Origin: an uncultured Methylomirabilota bacterium
Lineage (GTDB): Bacteria > Methylomirabilota > Methylomirabilia > Methylomirabilales > 2-02-FULL-66-22
Assembly (NCBI GenBank): GCA_963845565.1
Contig: CAWJSJ010000005.1
Span: forward strand, 896,001-960,000
DNA: 64,000 nucleotides
Reading direction: 5' to 3'
Below are positions 30,016 through 39,785 of the stretch, piece by piece. Made by a program: the position numbers and the translations under genes. The notes beneath the pieces are model-generated. The model saw only the letters and a list, made by a program, of their open reading frames with translations. It ran no database searches and was not told where the DNA came from. Numbering within the stretch: the first letter of the stretch is position 1; each line of letters begins with the position of its first letter.

Positions 30016-31794
30016 ATGCACGGACCGCACGTGCACCTCGATGACGAGGTGCTGGGGAAGGCCTACGACGCCCGCCTGGTCGCGCGGCTGCTGGGGTACT
30101 TCCAGGGCTACTGGCTCCTGGTGCTCCTCGCCTTCCTGTGCCTGGCGGGCTACACCGGCGCGCAGCTCTTGGGACCCTACCTGGTCAAGATCGCCATTGA
30201 CCGGTACGTGGCCGCGCGCGACCTGGCCGGCCTGGATCGGACCGCCCTGGTGTACGCCGCGGCGGTTCTCCTGGGGTTCGTCTGCCACTTCGGCCACTCG
30301 TTCACGACCCAGTACGTCGGCCAGCGGGTGATGCACGACATCCGACAGCAGCTCTTCGGCCACCTGGTGGCGCACGACCCGGCGTTCTTCGACAAGAACC
30401 CCGTGGGGCGGCTGATGACCCGGGTCATCAACGATGTGGAGAACCTGAACGAGCTGTTCAGCTCCGGCGTGGTGGCGTTCCTGGGCGACACGCTGATGAT
30501 CGTCGGGATCGGCGGCGCCATGTTCCTGCTCGACTGGCGGCTGGGCGTGCTGGGGTTGACCCTGCTGCCGGTCATGGCGTGGGCCACCAACGTGTACCGC
30601 CGGAAGGCCCGGGAGAATTATCGCGACAGCCGCAAGACACTGGCGCGGTTGAACGGCTACCTGAACGAACACATCTCGGGAATGGCCACCGTGCAGGCCT
30701 TCGGGCAAGAGCGGCGAGCGTTCCACCGCTTCCGGGACATCAACAGCCGGAACCGGGACGCCCTGCTGAAGAGCGTTCACTACAACGCCATCTTCTTCCC
30801 GCTGGTGGAAGTCTGCAGCGCCGTCACCGTGGGGCTGATCCTGTGGCAGGGCGGAGGGATGATCCTCGACCAGACGCTGCTGCCGGGTGTGGTCGTGGCC
30901 TTCATCCAGTACATCCACCGGATGTTCCAGCCGATCCGGGACCTGGCGGAGAAGTACAACATCTTCCAGGCGGCCATGGCCAGCAGCGAGCGGATCTTCC
31001 GGCTGCTGGACGAGCCGCCGAAGATCCTGACGCCGGTTCGGCCGGGGACGCCCTCGGCGGCGACGGGGTGCATCGAATTCCAGGACGTGTGGCTGTCCTA
31101 CCTGCCTGGCGAACCGGTGCTCCGCGGGATCTCGTTCCGCGTGGCGCCCGGCGAGAAGGTCGCGCTGGTCGGCCCGACGGGTCACGGCAAGACGTCCATC
31201 GTCTCGGCGCTCTGCCGGTTCTATGACGTGGAGCGCGGCCGGATCCTGGTGGACGGTCTGGACGTCCGCGAGTGGGACAAGACCGCGCTCCGCCGGCACC
31301 TGGGCCTGGTACTGCAGGACGCCTTTCTGTTCTCCGGCACCATCGGGGAAAATATCGGGCTGGGGAGCTCCCGGATCGCGCCGGAGCAGATCCAGGCGGC
31401 CGCCCGGCGCGTCCACGCGGACCGATTCATCGAGCGCCTCCCCGGCGGATACCAGGAGGAGGTCCAGGAGCGCGGCTCCACCTTGTCGCAAGGGGAACGA
31501 CAGCTCCTGTCCTTTGCCCGGGCGCTGGCCTTCGATCCCCGCATCCTCATCCTGGACGAGGCGACCAGCTCGGTGGACACGGAGACCGAGCGATTGATCC
31601 AGGAGGCCCTGCGAGCCCTGCTGGAGAACCGCACCGCCATCATCGTGGCCCACCGGTTGTCCACCATCCAGTTCGCTGATCGGATCCTGGTGATCCACAA
31701 GGGCCGGATCCGCGAGGAGGGGACCCATGCGGACCTCCTGGCCCAGCAGGGGGTGTACGCCCGGCTTCACCAGTTGCAGTATCAGCTCGGATAG
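30016..31794 (+). CDS. ABC exporter permease/ATPase, subunit B (MdlB-like)
   Basis: GPTGHGKT, LSQGERQL and LDEATSSVD. Confidence 0.92.
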   Translation: MHGPHVHLDDEVLGKAYDARLVARLLGYFQGYWLLVLLAFLCLAGYTGAQLLGPYLVKIAIDRYVAARDLAGLDRTALVYAAAVLLGFVCHFGHSFTTQYVGQRVMHDIRQQLFGHLVAHDPAFFDKNPVGRLMTRVINDVENLNELFSSGVVAFLGDTLMIVGIGGAMFLLDWRLGVLGLTLLPVMAWATNVYRRKARENYRDSRKTLARLNGYLNEHISGMATVQAFGQERRAFHRFRDINSRNRDALLKSVHYNAIFFPLVEVCSAVTVGLILWQGGGMILDQTLLPGVVVAFIQYIHRMFQPIRDLAEKYNIFQAAMASSERIFRLLDEPPKILTPVRPGTPSAATGCIEFQDVWLSYLPGEPVLRGISFRVAPGEKVALVGPTGHGKTSIVSALCRFYDVERGRILVDGLDVREWDKTALRRHLGLVLQDAFLFSGTIGENIGLGSSRIAPEQIQAAARRVHADRFIERLPGGYQEEVQERGSTLSQGERQLLSFARALAFDPRILILDEATSSVDTETERLIQEALRALLENRTAIIVAHRLSTIQFADRILVIHKGRIREEGTHADLLAQQGVYARLHQLQYQLG

Positions 31795-31876
31795 GGCGAG
31801 AATTCGCGTCGGCGGAATGCGGTGCAGCCCCCAAGGAACGAGGTGCCGGGGGTGGATGCCGCGAGAGCGGGGAGCG

Positions 31877-32068
31877 CTACGATGCTGCCGGGTCCGTGGG
31901 TGGCCCGGCGGCGCATCGGCGGCAGACGGGCGGGTCGGTGCGGGCCAGGCAGCCGTGGTGGACCATCAGCCGACACTTGGAGCAGACGGGAAACGGCCGG
32001 GCGGTCAGGACGGCCCACATGCCCCGCAGATCTTTCTTGCACACGCCACATCGGAAAGCCAGCGTCAT
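31877..32068 (-). CDS. small Cys-rich zinc-finger protein (C4-H-C3 pattern)
   Basis: CxxC-x18-CxxC-x4-HxxC-x8-CxxC in 63 aa; fills the gap downstream of the co-directional methyltransferase gene. Confidence 0.6.
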   Translation of the reverse strand: MTLAFRCGVCKKDLRGMWAVLTARPFPVCSKCRLMVHHGCLARTDPPVCRRCAAGPPTDPAAS

Positions 32069-32114
32069 CGTCCGGTGTCCGGGTCCCGTGAAATCTGTGG
32101 ATTCATGACGGTGG

Positions 32115-33290
32115 TCAGTTCGCCGCTTCCAGGATGGCGCACTTCAGGTACTGCGTTTCCTTGGCGGCCAGCAGGATCGGGTGGTCGCGGGCCTGCGTCC
32201 GAAGCTCCAGCAGGCGGAACTCCCTGTGGGCGTCCGCCGCGGCCGACCGCAGCATGTCCAGGAATGTCGGCGCGTCCACGTGGTACGAGCAGGAGCAGGT
32301 GACGAGGATGCCGCCGGGACCGAGCAGCTTCATGGCGCGCAGGTTGATCTCGTTGTAGCCGCGGAGCGCCCCCTCCAACGCATCCCGCCCCTTCGTGAAC
32401 GCCGGGGGGTCCAGGACGACGAGGCCGAAGTGCCGCCGTTCCCGACCGAAGGCGCGGAGCTGATCGAAGACGTTCGCCGGGGTGAACGCGCAGCGCGCGG
32501 CGAGGCCGTTCCGCTCGGCCGATTGTGTCGCCCAGGCCAGGGCGTCCGCCGAGATGTCGATTCCCGTGACCGCCGTGGCGCCCCCGGATGCGGCGCTTAT
32601 TGAAAATCCCCCTGAATAGCAGAAACAATCGAGGACCGCGCGGCCGCGGGCCAGGCGTCTGACGGCCTGCCGGTTCTCGCGCTGGTCCAGGAAGAAGCCG
32701 GTTTTCTGGCCGGCCGCCACCTCGACGAAGAAGGCTTGGTCGTCCTCCTCGATCCAGACGCCGGTCTCCGCCGTTCCCCAGGCGAATCCCTTGCGGAGAT
32801 CCAACCCCTCCAGTCGGCGCGCCGAGGAGTCGCTGCGCTCGTAGATGGCGCGCGGCTGCACGGTATTCCGCAACGCCGCGAGCACGGCATCGCGAAGTCG
32901 CTCCATGCCCGCCGTCAGGATCTGCACCACCACGACGTCGCCGTACCGGTCTACGATCAGGCCCGGTAAATGGTCGCCTTCCCCGAACACCAGACGCGAC
33001 GCGCCGGCGCCCGAGACGGTCCGGCCGGCACGGGAAGCCGCCTCCCGGATACGCCGCTCCAGGAAGGCCGCGTCGACGGTCTCCTCCGTGCGTGCAAGCA
33101 GACGGCCGGCGATCTGGGACTTCAGGTTGACCATCGCCTGGCCCACGAACCGCCCGCGATGATCCTGGACGGCGGCGATCACGCCGGGAGCGGGGTCGCC
33201 CTCGATGTGAGCGATCTCGCTCCGATAGATCCACGGGTGACCGGCGTTCAGCCTGTGCTCTTTACCCGGGGCCAGCTTCACGATGACCAT
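32115..33290 (-). CDS. RlmI-family class I SAM-dependent rRNA methyltransferase (PUA domain)
   Basis: GHPWIY, GLIVDRYG, GQKTGFFLDQR, LDPPAF and TCSCS. Confidence 0.9.
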   Translation of the reverse strand: MVIVKLAPGKEHRLNAGHPWIYRSEIAHIEGDPAPGVIAAVQDHRGRFVGQAMVNLKSQIAGRLLARTEETVDAAFLERRIREAASRAGRTVSGAGASRLVFGEGDHLPGLIVDRYGDVVVVQILTAGMERLRDAVLAALRNTVQPRAIYERSDSSARRLEGLDLRKGFAWGTAETGVWIEEDDQAFFVEVAAGQKTGFFLDQRENRQAVRRLARGRAVLDCFCYSGGFSISAASGGATAVTGIDISADALAWATQSAERNGLAARCAFTPANVFDQLRAFGRERRHFGLVVLDPPAFTKGRDALEGALRGYNEINLRAMKLLGPGGILVTCSCSYHVDAPTFLDMLRSAAADAHREFRLLELRTQARDHPILLAAKETQYLKCAILEAAN

Positions 33291-33374
33291 AGCTCACCTG
33301 GGGTCAGGAGTGTGGGTCTGGGGGTTGGGGAGGGGAGGGAGTATCGAGAAGGCTCGGCAGCGTTTCGCCGGCCT

Positions 33375-34490
33375 TCACGATTCCACCTTGGTCCACGGGA
33401 CGTACCGGAGGCGGTGCGCCTGCGACACCGGCTGGTGGGTGACCTGCCCGTGAATGACGTTGAGGCCCTTGGCGATCTCGGCGTTCTCGCGGGCCGCGGC
33501 CAGCCAGCCCTTGTCGGCGATCTGGACGGCGTACGGCGTGGTGACGTTGGTGAGGGCGAAGGTCGCGGTCCGAGCGTAGGCACCCGGCATGTTGGCCACA
33601 CAGTAATGGACCACGCCGTCCACCACGTAGGTCGGTTCGCTGTGGGTGGTCGGATGGGTCGTCTCGCAGCAGCCGCCCTGATCCACGGCCACGTCCACGA
33701 TCACGGCGCCCGGCTGCATCAGTTTCAACATGTCGCGGGTCACCAGGCGGGGGGCCCTCGCGCCATGGATCAGTACGGCGCCGATCAGGACGTCGGCGCG
33801 CCGGAGGCAACTTTCCAGGCTCATCCGGCTGGACATGAGGGTGGTGACGTTCTCGGGCAGGACCTCGTCCAGGTAGCGCATGCGGACCGGATTCGTCTCC
33901 AGCAGGTACACCCAGGCGCCCATTCCCGCTGCCACCCGGGCGGCGTTGTACCCCACGATGCCTCCGCCCAGGATCAGCACGGTGGCCGGGGGGACCCCCG
34001 GCACGCCGCCCATCAGTACGCCGCGACCACCGAGGGGTTTGGCGAGGTAGGTCGCCGCGATGTGGACGGCCATCCGGCCCGCCACTTCACTCATCGGCTC
34101 CAAGAGCGGCAGACGGCCGTCCGCCGTCTCGATGGTCTCGTAGGCGACGCCGACGACCTTCCGCGCGAGGAGGGCGTCGGTAAGGGTCTTGTCCGCCGCC
34201 AGGTGGAGATAGGTGAAGAGGATCTGTCCGGGACGCAGCAGCGGATACTCGGCGGGCAGCGGTTCCTTCACCTTCAGGATCAGCTCGGCACTCTTGAAGA
34301 CCTGGCGCGCCGTGGCCACGATCTTCGCGCCGACCGACTGGTAACTCTGGTCGCTGATACCGGAGCCGACCCCGGCGCCCTTCTGTACCAGGACCGTGTG
34401 ACCCCGGGACGCGAGCGCCTGCACGGTGGCGGGAATCGCGGCAACCCGGTTCTCGTTGTCCTTGATCTCCTTCGGCACCCCGATGATCAT
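33375..34490 (-). CDS. ald: alanine dehydrogenase
   Basis: IGVPKEIKDNENRV, PMSEVAGR, DVAVDQGGC and YCVANMPGA. Confidence 0.95.
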   Translation of the reverse strand: MIIGVPKEIKDNENRVAAIPATVQALASRGHTVLVQKGAGVGSGISDQSYQSVGAKIVATARQVFKSAELILKVKEPLPAEYPLLRPGQILFTYLHLAADKTLTDALLARKVVGVAYETIETADGRLPLLEPMSEVAGRMAVHIAATYLAKPLGGRGVLMGGVPGVPPATVLILGGGIVGYNAARVAAGMGAWVYLLETNPVRMRYLDEVLPENVTTLMSSRMSLESCLRRADVLIGAVLIHGARAPRLVTRDMLKLMQPGAVIVDVAVDQGGCCETTHPTTHSEPTYVVDGVVHYCVANMPGAYARTATFALTNVTTPYAVQIADKGWLAAARENAEIAKGLNVIHGQVTHQPVSQAHRLRYVPWTKVES

Positions 34491-34502
34491 GGACGTCACC
34501 CT

Positions 34503-34594
34503 CGTCGAGTGGTCAAAGAGGCAACTGGTCGATTAGTCAATTGGTCGACGGGCACCCCTCCGCATTGACCAATCGACTTCTCGACGAATTGACT
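34503..34594. repeat. degenerate octamer tandem repeats in inverted arrangement
   Basis: TGGTCGAT TAGTCAAT TGGTCGAC ... TTGACCAA TCGACTTC TCGACGAA TTGACT. Confidence 0.6.
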
Positions 34595-34597
34595 GTG

Positions 34598-34757
34598 CCA
34601 ACACGATGCAGACGAACCTTCTTCTCCGCAGGCTGCTCAAAAAGGTCCAGATGCAAGGCGACACGCGATGGGCCGAGAGAGGCGTACTCCAGGTACGCCG
34701 CAACGAGTGCCCAAGCGCGTCAACGCCGCAGATGGGCCTTTTTCAGCAGCCTGCTAC
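34598..34757 (+). mobile_element. repeat family A copy 3
   Basis: CAGGCTGCTCAAAAAGGTCCAGATGCAAGGCG...GCAGATGGGCCTTTTTCAGCAGCCTGCTA. Confidence 0.75.
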
Positions 34758-35578
34758 CGGCCCCAGTCGCGGGCGTACCGAAAGTCCCGATCAATCGTCC
34801 GCGACGAGATCTTGCCGATGACGGGCAGCCGCCGTTTGTACTGAGACCCTTGAATTTTCCGGGCGACCGCGCGCACGAACTTCTCATCGAAGAGATTCTC
34901 GGCGAGCAGCTCGCCGACTTCGTACCGCTGGTCTACGAGGAGGCAGAGGACTTTATCCACCGCTTCGTACGTGAACCCCAGCTCCGCCTCGTCGGTCTGG
35001 CCTTCCCAGAGGTCGGCGCTAGGCTGCTTGTCCACGATGACGGCCGGCACCCCCAGGTGGCGGGAGAGCTGGCGCACTTGGGTCTTGTAGAGATCGCCCA
35101 GCGGGTTCACCGCCGAGGCCATGTCGCCGTGCAGCGTGCCGTAGCCGAGCAGGAGTTCCGTCTTGTTGCTGGTGCCCAGGACCAACGCGCCCAGTCGCGC
35201 CGAATGGTCGAACAGGATGGTCATCCGCTCGCGGGCCATCTTGTTGCCGCGCCGCATCTGGTCGGCATCGGGGAACATGGCGAAGTAGGCGTCCACCATG
35301 GCGGTGATCTCGACCGTGAGGCTGTTGATGCCGAGCGCCTGCACCACCAGGGCGGCATGCTGGGCGCTCTCGGGGCTGGAGGTGCGGTACGGCATCAGGA
35401 TGCCCCACACGTTCTCGGGGCCCAGCGCCTCGGCGGCGAGGTACGCCGACAGGGAAGAGTCCACACCCCCCGAGAGGCCGACCACGAGGCGGTGAAAGCC
35501 GGCCTTTCGGACCTCGTTGTCGAGGAAGCCGGTCAGGACCTTGCGAACCGCCTGGCAATTGAGTTGAAGGTTGACCAT
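34754..35578 (-). CDS. nadE: NAD+ synthetase, synthetase subunit
   Basis: [24 protein letters not shown] and [12 protein letters not shown]. Confidence 0.93.
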   Translation of the reverse strand: MVNLQLNCQAVRKVLTGFLDNEVRKAGFHRLVVGLSGGVDSSLSAYLAAEALGPENVWGILMPYRTSSPESAQHAALVVQALGINSLTVEITAMVDAYFAMFPDADQMRRGNKMARERMTILFDHSARLGALVLGTSNKTELLLGYGTLHGDMASAVNPLGDLYKTQVRQLSRHLGVPAVIVDKQPSADLWEGQTDEAELGFTYEAVDKVLCLLVDQRYEVGELLAENLFDEKFVRAVARKIQGSQYKRRLPVIGKISSRTIDRDFRYARDWGR

Positions 35579-35582
35579 GCGC

Positions 35583-36447
35583 CTACTCCCCGTCGGTTCG
35601 GCGGGCCTGCATGATGCGCGTGACCTCCCGCAGCGTCAGTTCCAGCCGCTCGTCCCGTAGGAGGGGATTGGCCACCCGCGCTCGGCGGAGGCTGCCGGGG
35701 TCCAAGGTCGGCCAGCAGCAGTTCCTCTTCCAGATACCGGGCCTTGGCGAGTGGCTCGCCCGAGGGGGCGACCGCTTCCGACCCACCCCAGAAGCAGGCG
35801 CCGTCCTCGTAGCCCACGCGGTTGGCGTAGATGACGAACGATGTCAGGAGGTCCCCGCACGTGCGTATGGTTCGCTCCCAGGTGGACGCGTTCTGGAAGG
35901 GCCCCGTCTGACCTAGGCCCCGGCCAGGGCTGGCGGACGGACACACGATGATCTCGGCACCGTCCCAGGCCGTGATGGCAGGGACGGTCGGATGCCACAG
36001 GTCCTCGCAGATCAGGATTGCCATGCGACCCAGCGCCGTGTCGAAGGCTCGGATCCGCTCCCCGGCGGCCAGGTAACGCGCCTCGTCGAAGATGCCGTAG
36101 GTGGGCAGGTAGACCTTGCGATGGATGTGCCGAATCTCGCCGCCCTCGAAGTAGGCCGAGGCGTTGTAAAAGCGGTGCCCGGGCGCCTCCTCGACGAAGC
36201 CCAGGACGAGAGCGATGCGTCGGCTGAGTTCCCGGAGTGGCTGAAGCGCGGGGGCGTCAGGCTGCAGGGCGACCGAGGGGACCTGGTCCTTGAGAAAATA
36301 GCCGGTCAGGCTGAGTTCCGGAAAGATCAAGAGGTTTGCCGACTGTGCGATAGCGTCGCCGGCCATCTTTTCGTGGAGGGCGAGATTCTTCGCGAGATCG
36401 CCGAGCGTCGGCGCGATCTGAGCCACGGCCACACGGAATCCGCGCAT
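35583..36447 (-). CDS. nitrilase-family glutaminase subunit of NAD synthetase; frameshift near 35700
   Basis: Glu-Lys-Cys triad ([28 protein letters not shown]). The C-terminus is in ORF 35583..35786, directly upstream of nadE. Confidence 0.82.
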
Positions 36448-36639
36448 GGGGCTCTCCAGTGGTGTGAGGTCCGGTGTTTCACGCGATCGAGAGGCATCCT
36501 ACTACAGTTCCCGCCGCAACTCAACCGGGCCAGGTCGGAGACGCCCTGCGGCGTCGATCGTGCGCGAAGGCTGCAGGACGGCCTGGGCGACCGCGCGACC
36601 GCCCCGGGTGCGCCCGGTCATTCGGCGTCGAGACGCGGT

Positions 36640-37869
36640 TCAGGGCCGACTGACGATCCATTGATACACCGGTCGGGCGGAACGGAACGTCAAGACGGCG
36701 AGAACCGTTATGGCCGCCGTCATGTCAATGAACAGGATGACCATGGTGGCCCGCGGCCCGACGGTTTCGAAGAACTGTCCGATCAGCCAGGGCAGCACCA
36801 TGCCCCCGGCGCTGGCGCCCACGAAGAACCAACCGGTCACCGCGCCGGTGATCTGCATGCGGCCCTGGGCCAGGGACAGCGCAGCGGGAAAGATGGAGGC
36901 CATGGACAGGCCCACGCCGCAGGTGCCCACGAAGGTCGCGACCAGGGACCGCGAGCCGAGCAGGACCAGGCCGAGGCTGGCCAGGCAGCCGAGACAGTCG
37001 GCGAGCAGGACGGTGCGCGGTGGAAAGCGGATCGCCAGGGGCACCGCCAGCAGTCGGCCGACGGTCAGTGCCCCCCAGAACGTCGACGTGAGATACGCCG
37101 CGACGGTGCGGCTGGCCAGACCCAGCGCGACCGCGTACGAGTAGATCCAGCCTCCAAAGGCGACCTCTGCCCCCGTGTAGAGGAAGAAGAACAGGACAAT
37201 CAGGACCACCAGTCGCCCATGGCTTTCCGGACCCGACCGCGTGGCCGTAACCGATGCGCCGGCAGGGCTCGGCACGCATCTCAGCCAGAGGGCTCCCGGA
37301 AGCAGCAGCGCCGCGACGGTCCAGTAGGCGTGAACCAGACCGCCGCCCTGGAGCATCACCTGGGCAATGATGAGGGGCGACAGGAGCGCCCCCAGGCCGA
37401 AGAAGAAGTGGAGGGCGTTCATGAACGGCCCCACGCTGTCTCCATGCACCCATACCACCAGTGTGTTGCCGCCCACGTCCAGCGCGCCCTCGGCCAGACC
37501 CAGCATGAGAATGGCGGCGGCGAGCGTCCAGAGGTGCGGGACGACCGGGGCGAGTCCCATCATGCCGGCCATCAGCAGGAGGCCTCCGCCCATCACCGGA
37601 TGGCCGGGGATGCGGTCGTACAGCCTGCCGCCAAGCAGCGAACCCGCGAGGTATCCCAGGGAGCGCGCCACGAACAGGGCGCTGATCTGGGAGAGGCTGC
37701 TGCGGGTCTGCTCCGCGAGCGCCGGCAGCGTGGGCCCCAGCGAGGCCGAGGCCATGCCGAGGGCGATGAAGGCCGCAAAATATCCGATGGTCTTGAGGAG
37801 TGCGGCGCGGTGCCCGACCGGCGAGGTGCCCGGCGGATCGGATGCGGAGAGAGCCGATGTGTCGGTCAT
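36640..37869 (-). CDS. MFS transporter (FucP/TsgA-like)
   Basis: About 12 TM segments; GPTLPAL, ALHFFFGLGA and YTGAEVAFGGW. Confidence 0.85.
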   Translation of the reverse strand: MTDTSALSASDPPGTSPVGHRAALLKTIGYFAAFIALGMASASLGPTLPALAEQTRSSLSQISALFVARSLGYLAGSLLGGRLYDRIPGHPVMGGGLLLMAGMMGLAPVVPHLWTLAAAILMLGLAEGALDVGGNTLVVWVHGDSVGPFMNALHFFFGLGALLSPLIIAQVMLQGGGLVHAYWTVAALLLPGALWLRCVPSPAGASVTATRSGPESHGRLVVLIVLFFFLYTGAEVAFGGWIYSYAVALGLASRTVAAYLTSTFWGALTVGRLLAVPLAIRFPPRTVLLADCLGCLASLGLVLLGSRSLVATFVGTCGVGLSMASIFPAALSLAQGRMQITGAVTGWFFVGASAGGMVLPWLIGQFFETVGPRATMVILFIDMTAAITVLAVLTFRSARPVYQWIVSRP

Positions 37870-38723
37870 GGCCTGCCGCCGCGCGGGTTCTTCGTGGGGT
37901 CACAGGGCACGAGTGGGTATCGGAGGCACGCCTCATAGAGGGCCTCCACCGAGACGCGATGTGCGCCGAAGGGGCAGTGCACCGCTTTTCGGTGCTCGAA
38001 GTACCGTCCGGTCTGCTTCCCTCCGACAGATTCCAGGGCCAGCCACGCGGGTGTCTGCGCGCCCTCGTCCGGTGTCTGGGTGCCGCCGAACCCCAGGTTG
38101 CCGCTGAGTGCGGACCGGACGTCTCCGGGATGGCAGGCGTTGACGGTGACGCCGAAGGGTTTCAGCCTCTCGGCGAATGCCACCGTCAACATGCGGTCAG
38201 CCTGTTTTGACTGGCGATAGGCGTCGTTGTTGTTATACGGGCGCCGTCGGAATTCCAGGTCTCCGAGATCGAGATCGCCCGCCCAGTAGCTGGCGACGTT
38301 GACCACGCGAGCAGGCGCCGATCGCTGTAGGTGCTCCGTGAAGGCCTGCACCATCCAGAAATAGCCCAGGATGTTGGTGGCGCACTGCAACTCGATGCCG
38401 TCCGGGGTCTCTTGTCGCGTGCGAGGTGTGACGGCGGCGTTGTTGACCAGGACGTGAAGCGGACCGCGCCAGTCCGCAGCCAACGCCTCGATCGACGATC
38501 GGCGCGATACATCCACCGGAGCGTATCGGACCTTGGAGTTTCCCGTGGCGGTGACGATCTCCCTGACGGCCCGTTCCGCCTTGGCTTGGTCCCGGCAGGC
38601 GAGCACCACCTCACAATCTGGGTGCACGGCGATTTGTCGCGCGATTGCCCGGCCGATGGCACCGGTCGCACCCGTCACCAGAGCGACCCGGCGTTCGCCG
38701 TGGTGCGGCGCCGCTGGCGTCAC
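37866..38723 (-). CDS. short-chain dehydrogenase/reductase (retinol dehydrogenase-like); start approximate
   Basis: VTGATGAIG, LVNNAA and YRQSK (YxxxK). Confidence 0.85.
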   Translation of the reverse strand: MTPAAPHHGERRVALVTGATGAIGRAIARQIAVHPDCEVVLACRDQAKAERAVREIVTATGNSKVRYAPVDVSRRSSIEALAADWRGPLHVLVNNAAVTPRTRQETPDGIELQCATNILGYFWMVQAFTEHLQRSAPARVVNVASYWAGDLDLGDLEFRRRPYNNNDAYRQSKQADRMLTVAFAERLKPFGVTVNACHPGDVRSALSGNLGFGGTQTPDEGAQTPAWLALESVGGKQTGRYFEHRKAVHCPFGAHRVSVEALYEACLRYPLVPCDPTKNPRGGRP

Positions 38724-38725
38724 GT

Positions 38726-39235
38726 TCAAAACTCCGCTGCCAGGCTGGTCAGGGCCGCACCGGTCAGCCGGTACATCGTCCACTCGTCCATGGGGGTGGC
38801 CCCGAGCTTGCGGTAGAACTGGATGGACGGGTCATTCCAGTCGAGCACGGACCACTCGACGCGGCCGCATTTCCGTTCGTGGGCCAGCTTGGCCAGATAG
38901 GTGAGCAGGATTTTGCCAAACCCGCGACCCCGCATCTCGGGCAGGACGAAGAGGTCTTCCAGGTAGATTCCGGGCCGGCCGAGGAACGTCGAATAGTTGT
39001 GAAAGAAGATGGCAAAGCCCACCGGTTCACCGCAGTAGTCCCCGATGATGACCTCGGCGACCTGGCGAGACCCAAAGAGCGTGTCGCGCAACAACTCCTC
39101 GGTGGCGGTTACCTCTTGGGTGAGGTTCTCATACTCGGCCAGCCCCTTGATGAATCGCAAGATCAGCGGGACATCCTGCGCGGTGGCAAGCCGGATGGTG
39201 AAGTCGAGGACTCGGGTGGGAATCAGTCCTGGCAC
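38726..39235 (-). CDS. GNAT N-acetyltransferase (diamine acetyltransferase-like)
   Basis: IYLEDLFVLPEMRGRGFGK and VEWSVLDWN. Confidence 0.9.
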   Translation of the reverse strand: MPGLIPTRVLDFTIRLATAQDVPLILRFIKGLAEYENLTQEVTATEELLRDTLFGSRQVAEVIIGDYCGEPVGFAIFFHNYSTFLGRPGIYLEDLFVLPEMRGRGFGKILLTYLAKLAHERKCGRVEWSVLDWNDPSIQFYRKLGATPMDEWTMYRLTGAALTSLAAEF

Positions 39236-39317
39236 GTGTGCCTCCCTGTCGACAGGTGTTGTGGGCAGGGGTAACCCCCGATTCGCGGCGGCGATGACGG
39301 CAGCGCCGTCAGGCCTT

Positions 39318-39731
39318 TCACTCGGAAGTTTCCTCCGGGTTGTTCGCGAAGAACTCGATCGTTTCCCAGTAGATCAGCACCTGGCTGGCGAGGTCCAGGA
39401 CCCTGACCGTCGCGCCCAGCGTTCGGGCCGGCCAGCCGTCGAGCTCGACCATCAGGTGTCGCTCGGAGGGGATCGCCCCGGCCGGCACCAGCGGTGCCTC
39501 GCCGTCTACGATCTGCCAGACCGCCTTCAGGAGCGGGGTGGGCGGCAGGCGGCACGCATTCGGTCCGCCGGCCACCTCGATCCAGCTCGGCAAGTGGGCC
39601 GCGGTGGCGAAGAAGTCGAAGGCGAGGTGCGCGTCCCAGGGCGTCCGGCGCAGGCGCAGGAAGTCGCGCTGGAGCTTGGCGAGCAGGGCGTGGGGCCGCG
39701 CCAAGCCGGCCCCTTCCTCCTGGAAACTCAT
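39318..39731 (-). CDS. hypothetical protein
   Basis: 137-aa ORF with GGAGGA SD, co-directional and filling the gap after priA. Confidence 0.6.
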   Translation of the reverse strand: MSFQEEGAGLARPHALLAKLQRDFLRLRRTPWDAHLAFDFFATAAHLPSWIEVAGGPNACRLPPTPLLKAVWQIVDGEAPLVPAGAIPSERHLMVELDGWPARTLGATVRVLDLASQVLIYWETIEFFANNPEETSE

Positions 39732-39744
39732 TTCGTGATCCTCC

Positions 39745-39785
39745 AGCCCAGAGCATTCACGAATCCTTCGTGAATGCTCTGGGCT
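39745..39785. repeat. perfect 19-bp palindrome abutting the priA stop codon
   Basis: AGCCCAGAGCATTCACGAA-TCC-TTCGTGAATGCTCTGGGCT. Confidence 0.8.

Noticed and set aside
33310..33338. G-quadruplex-like G-run cluster between ald and the methyltransferase gene
   Set aside because: The G-runs are on the non-mRNA strand and are equally explained as a degenerate short tandem repeat in a GC-rich genome; no further support.
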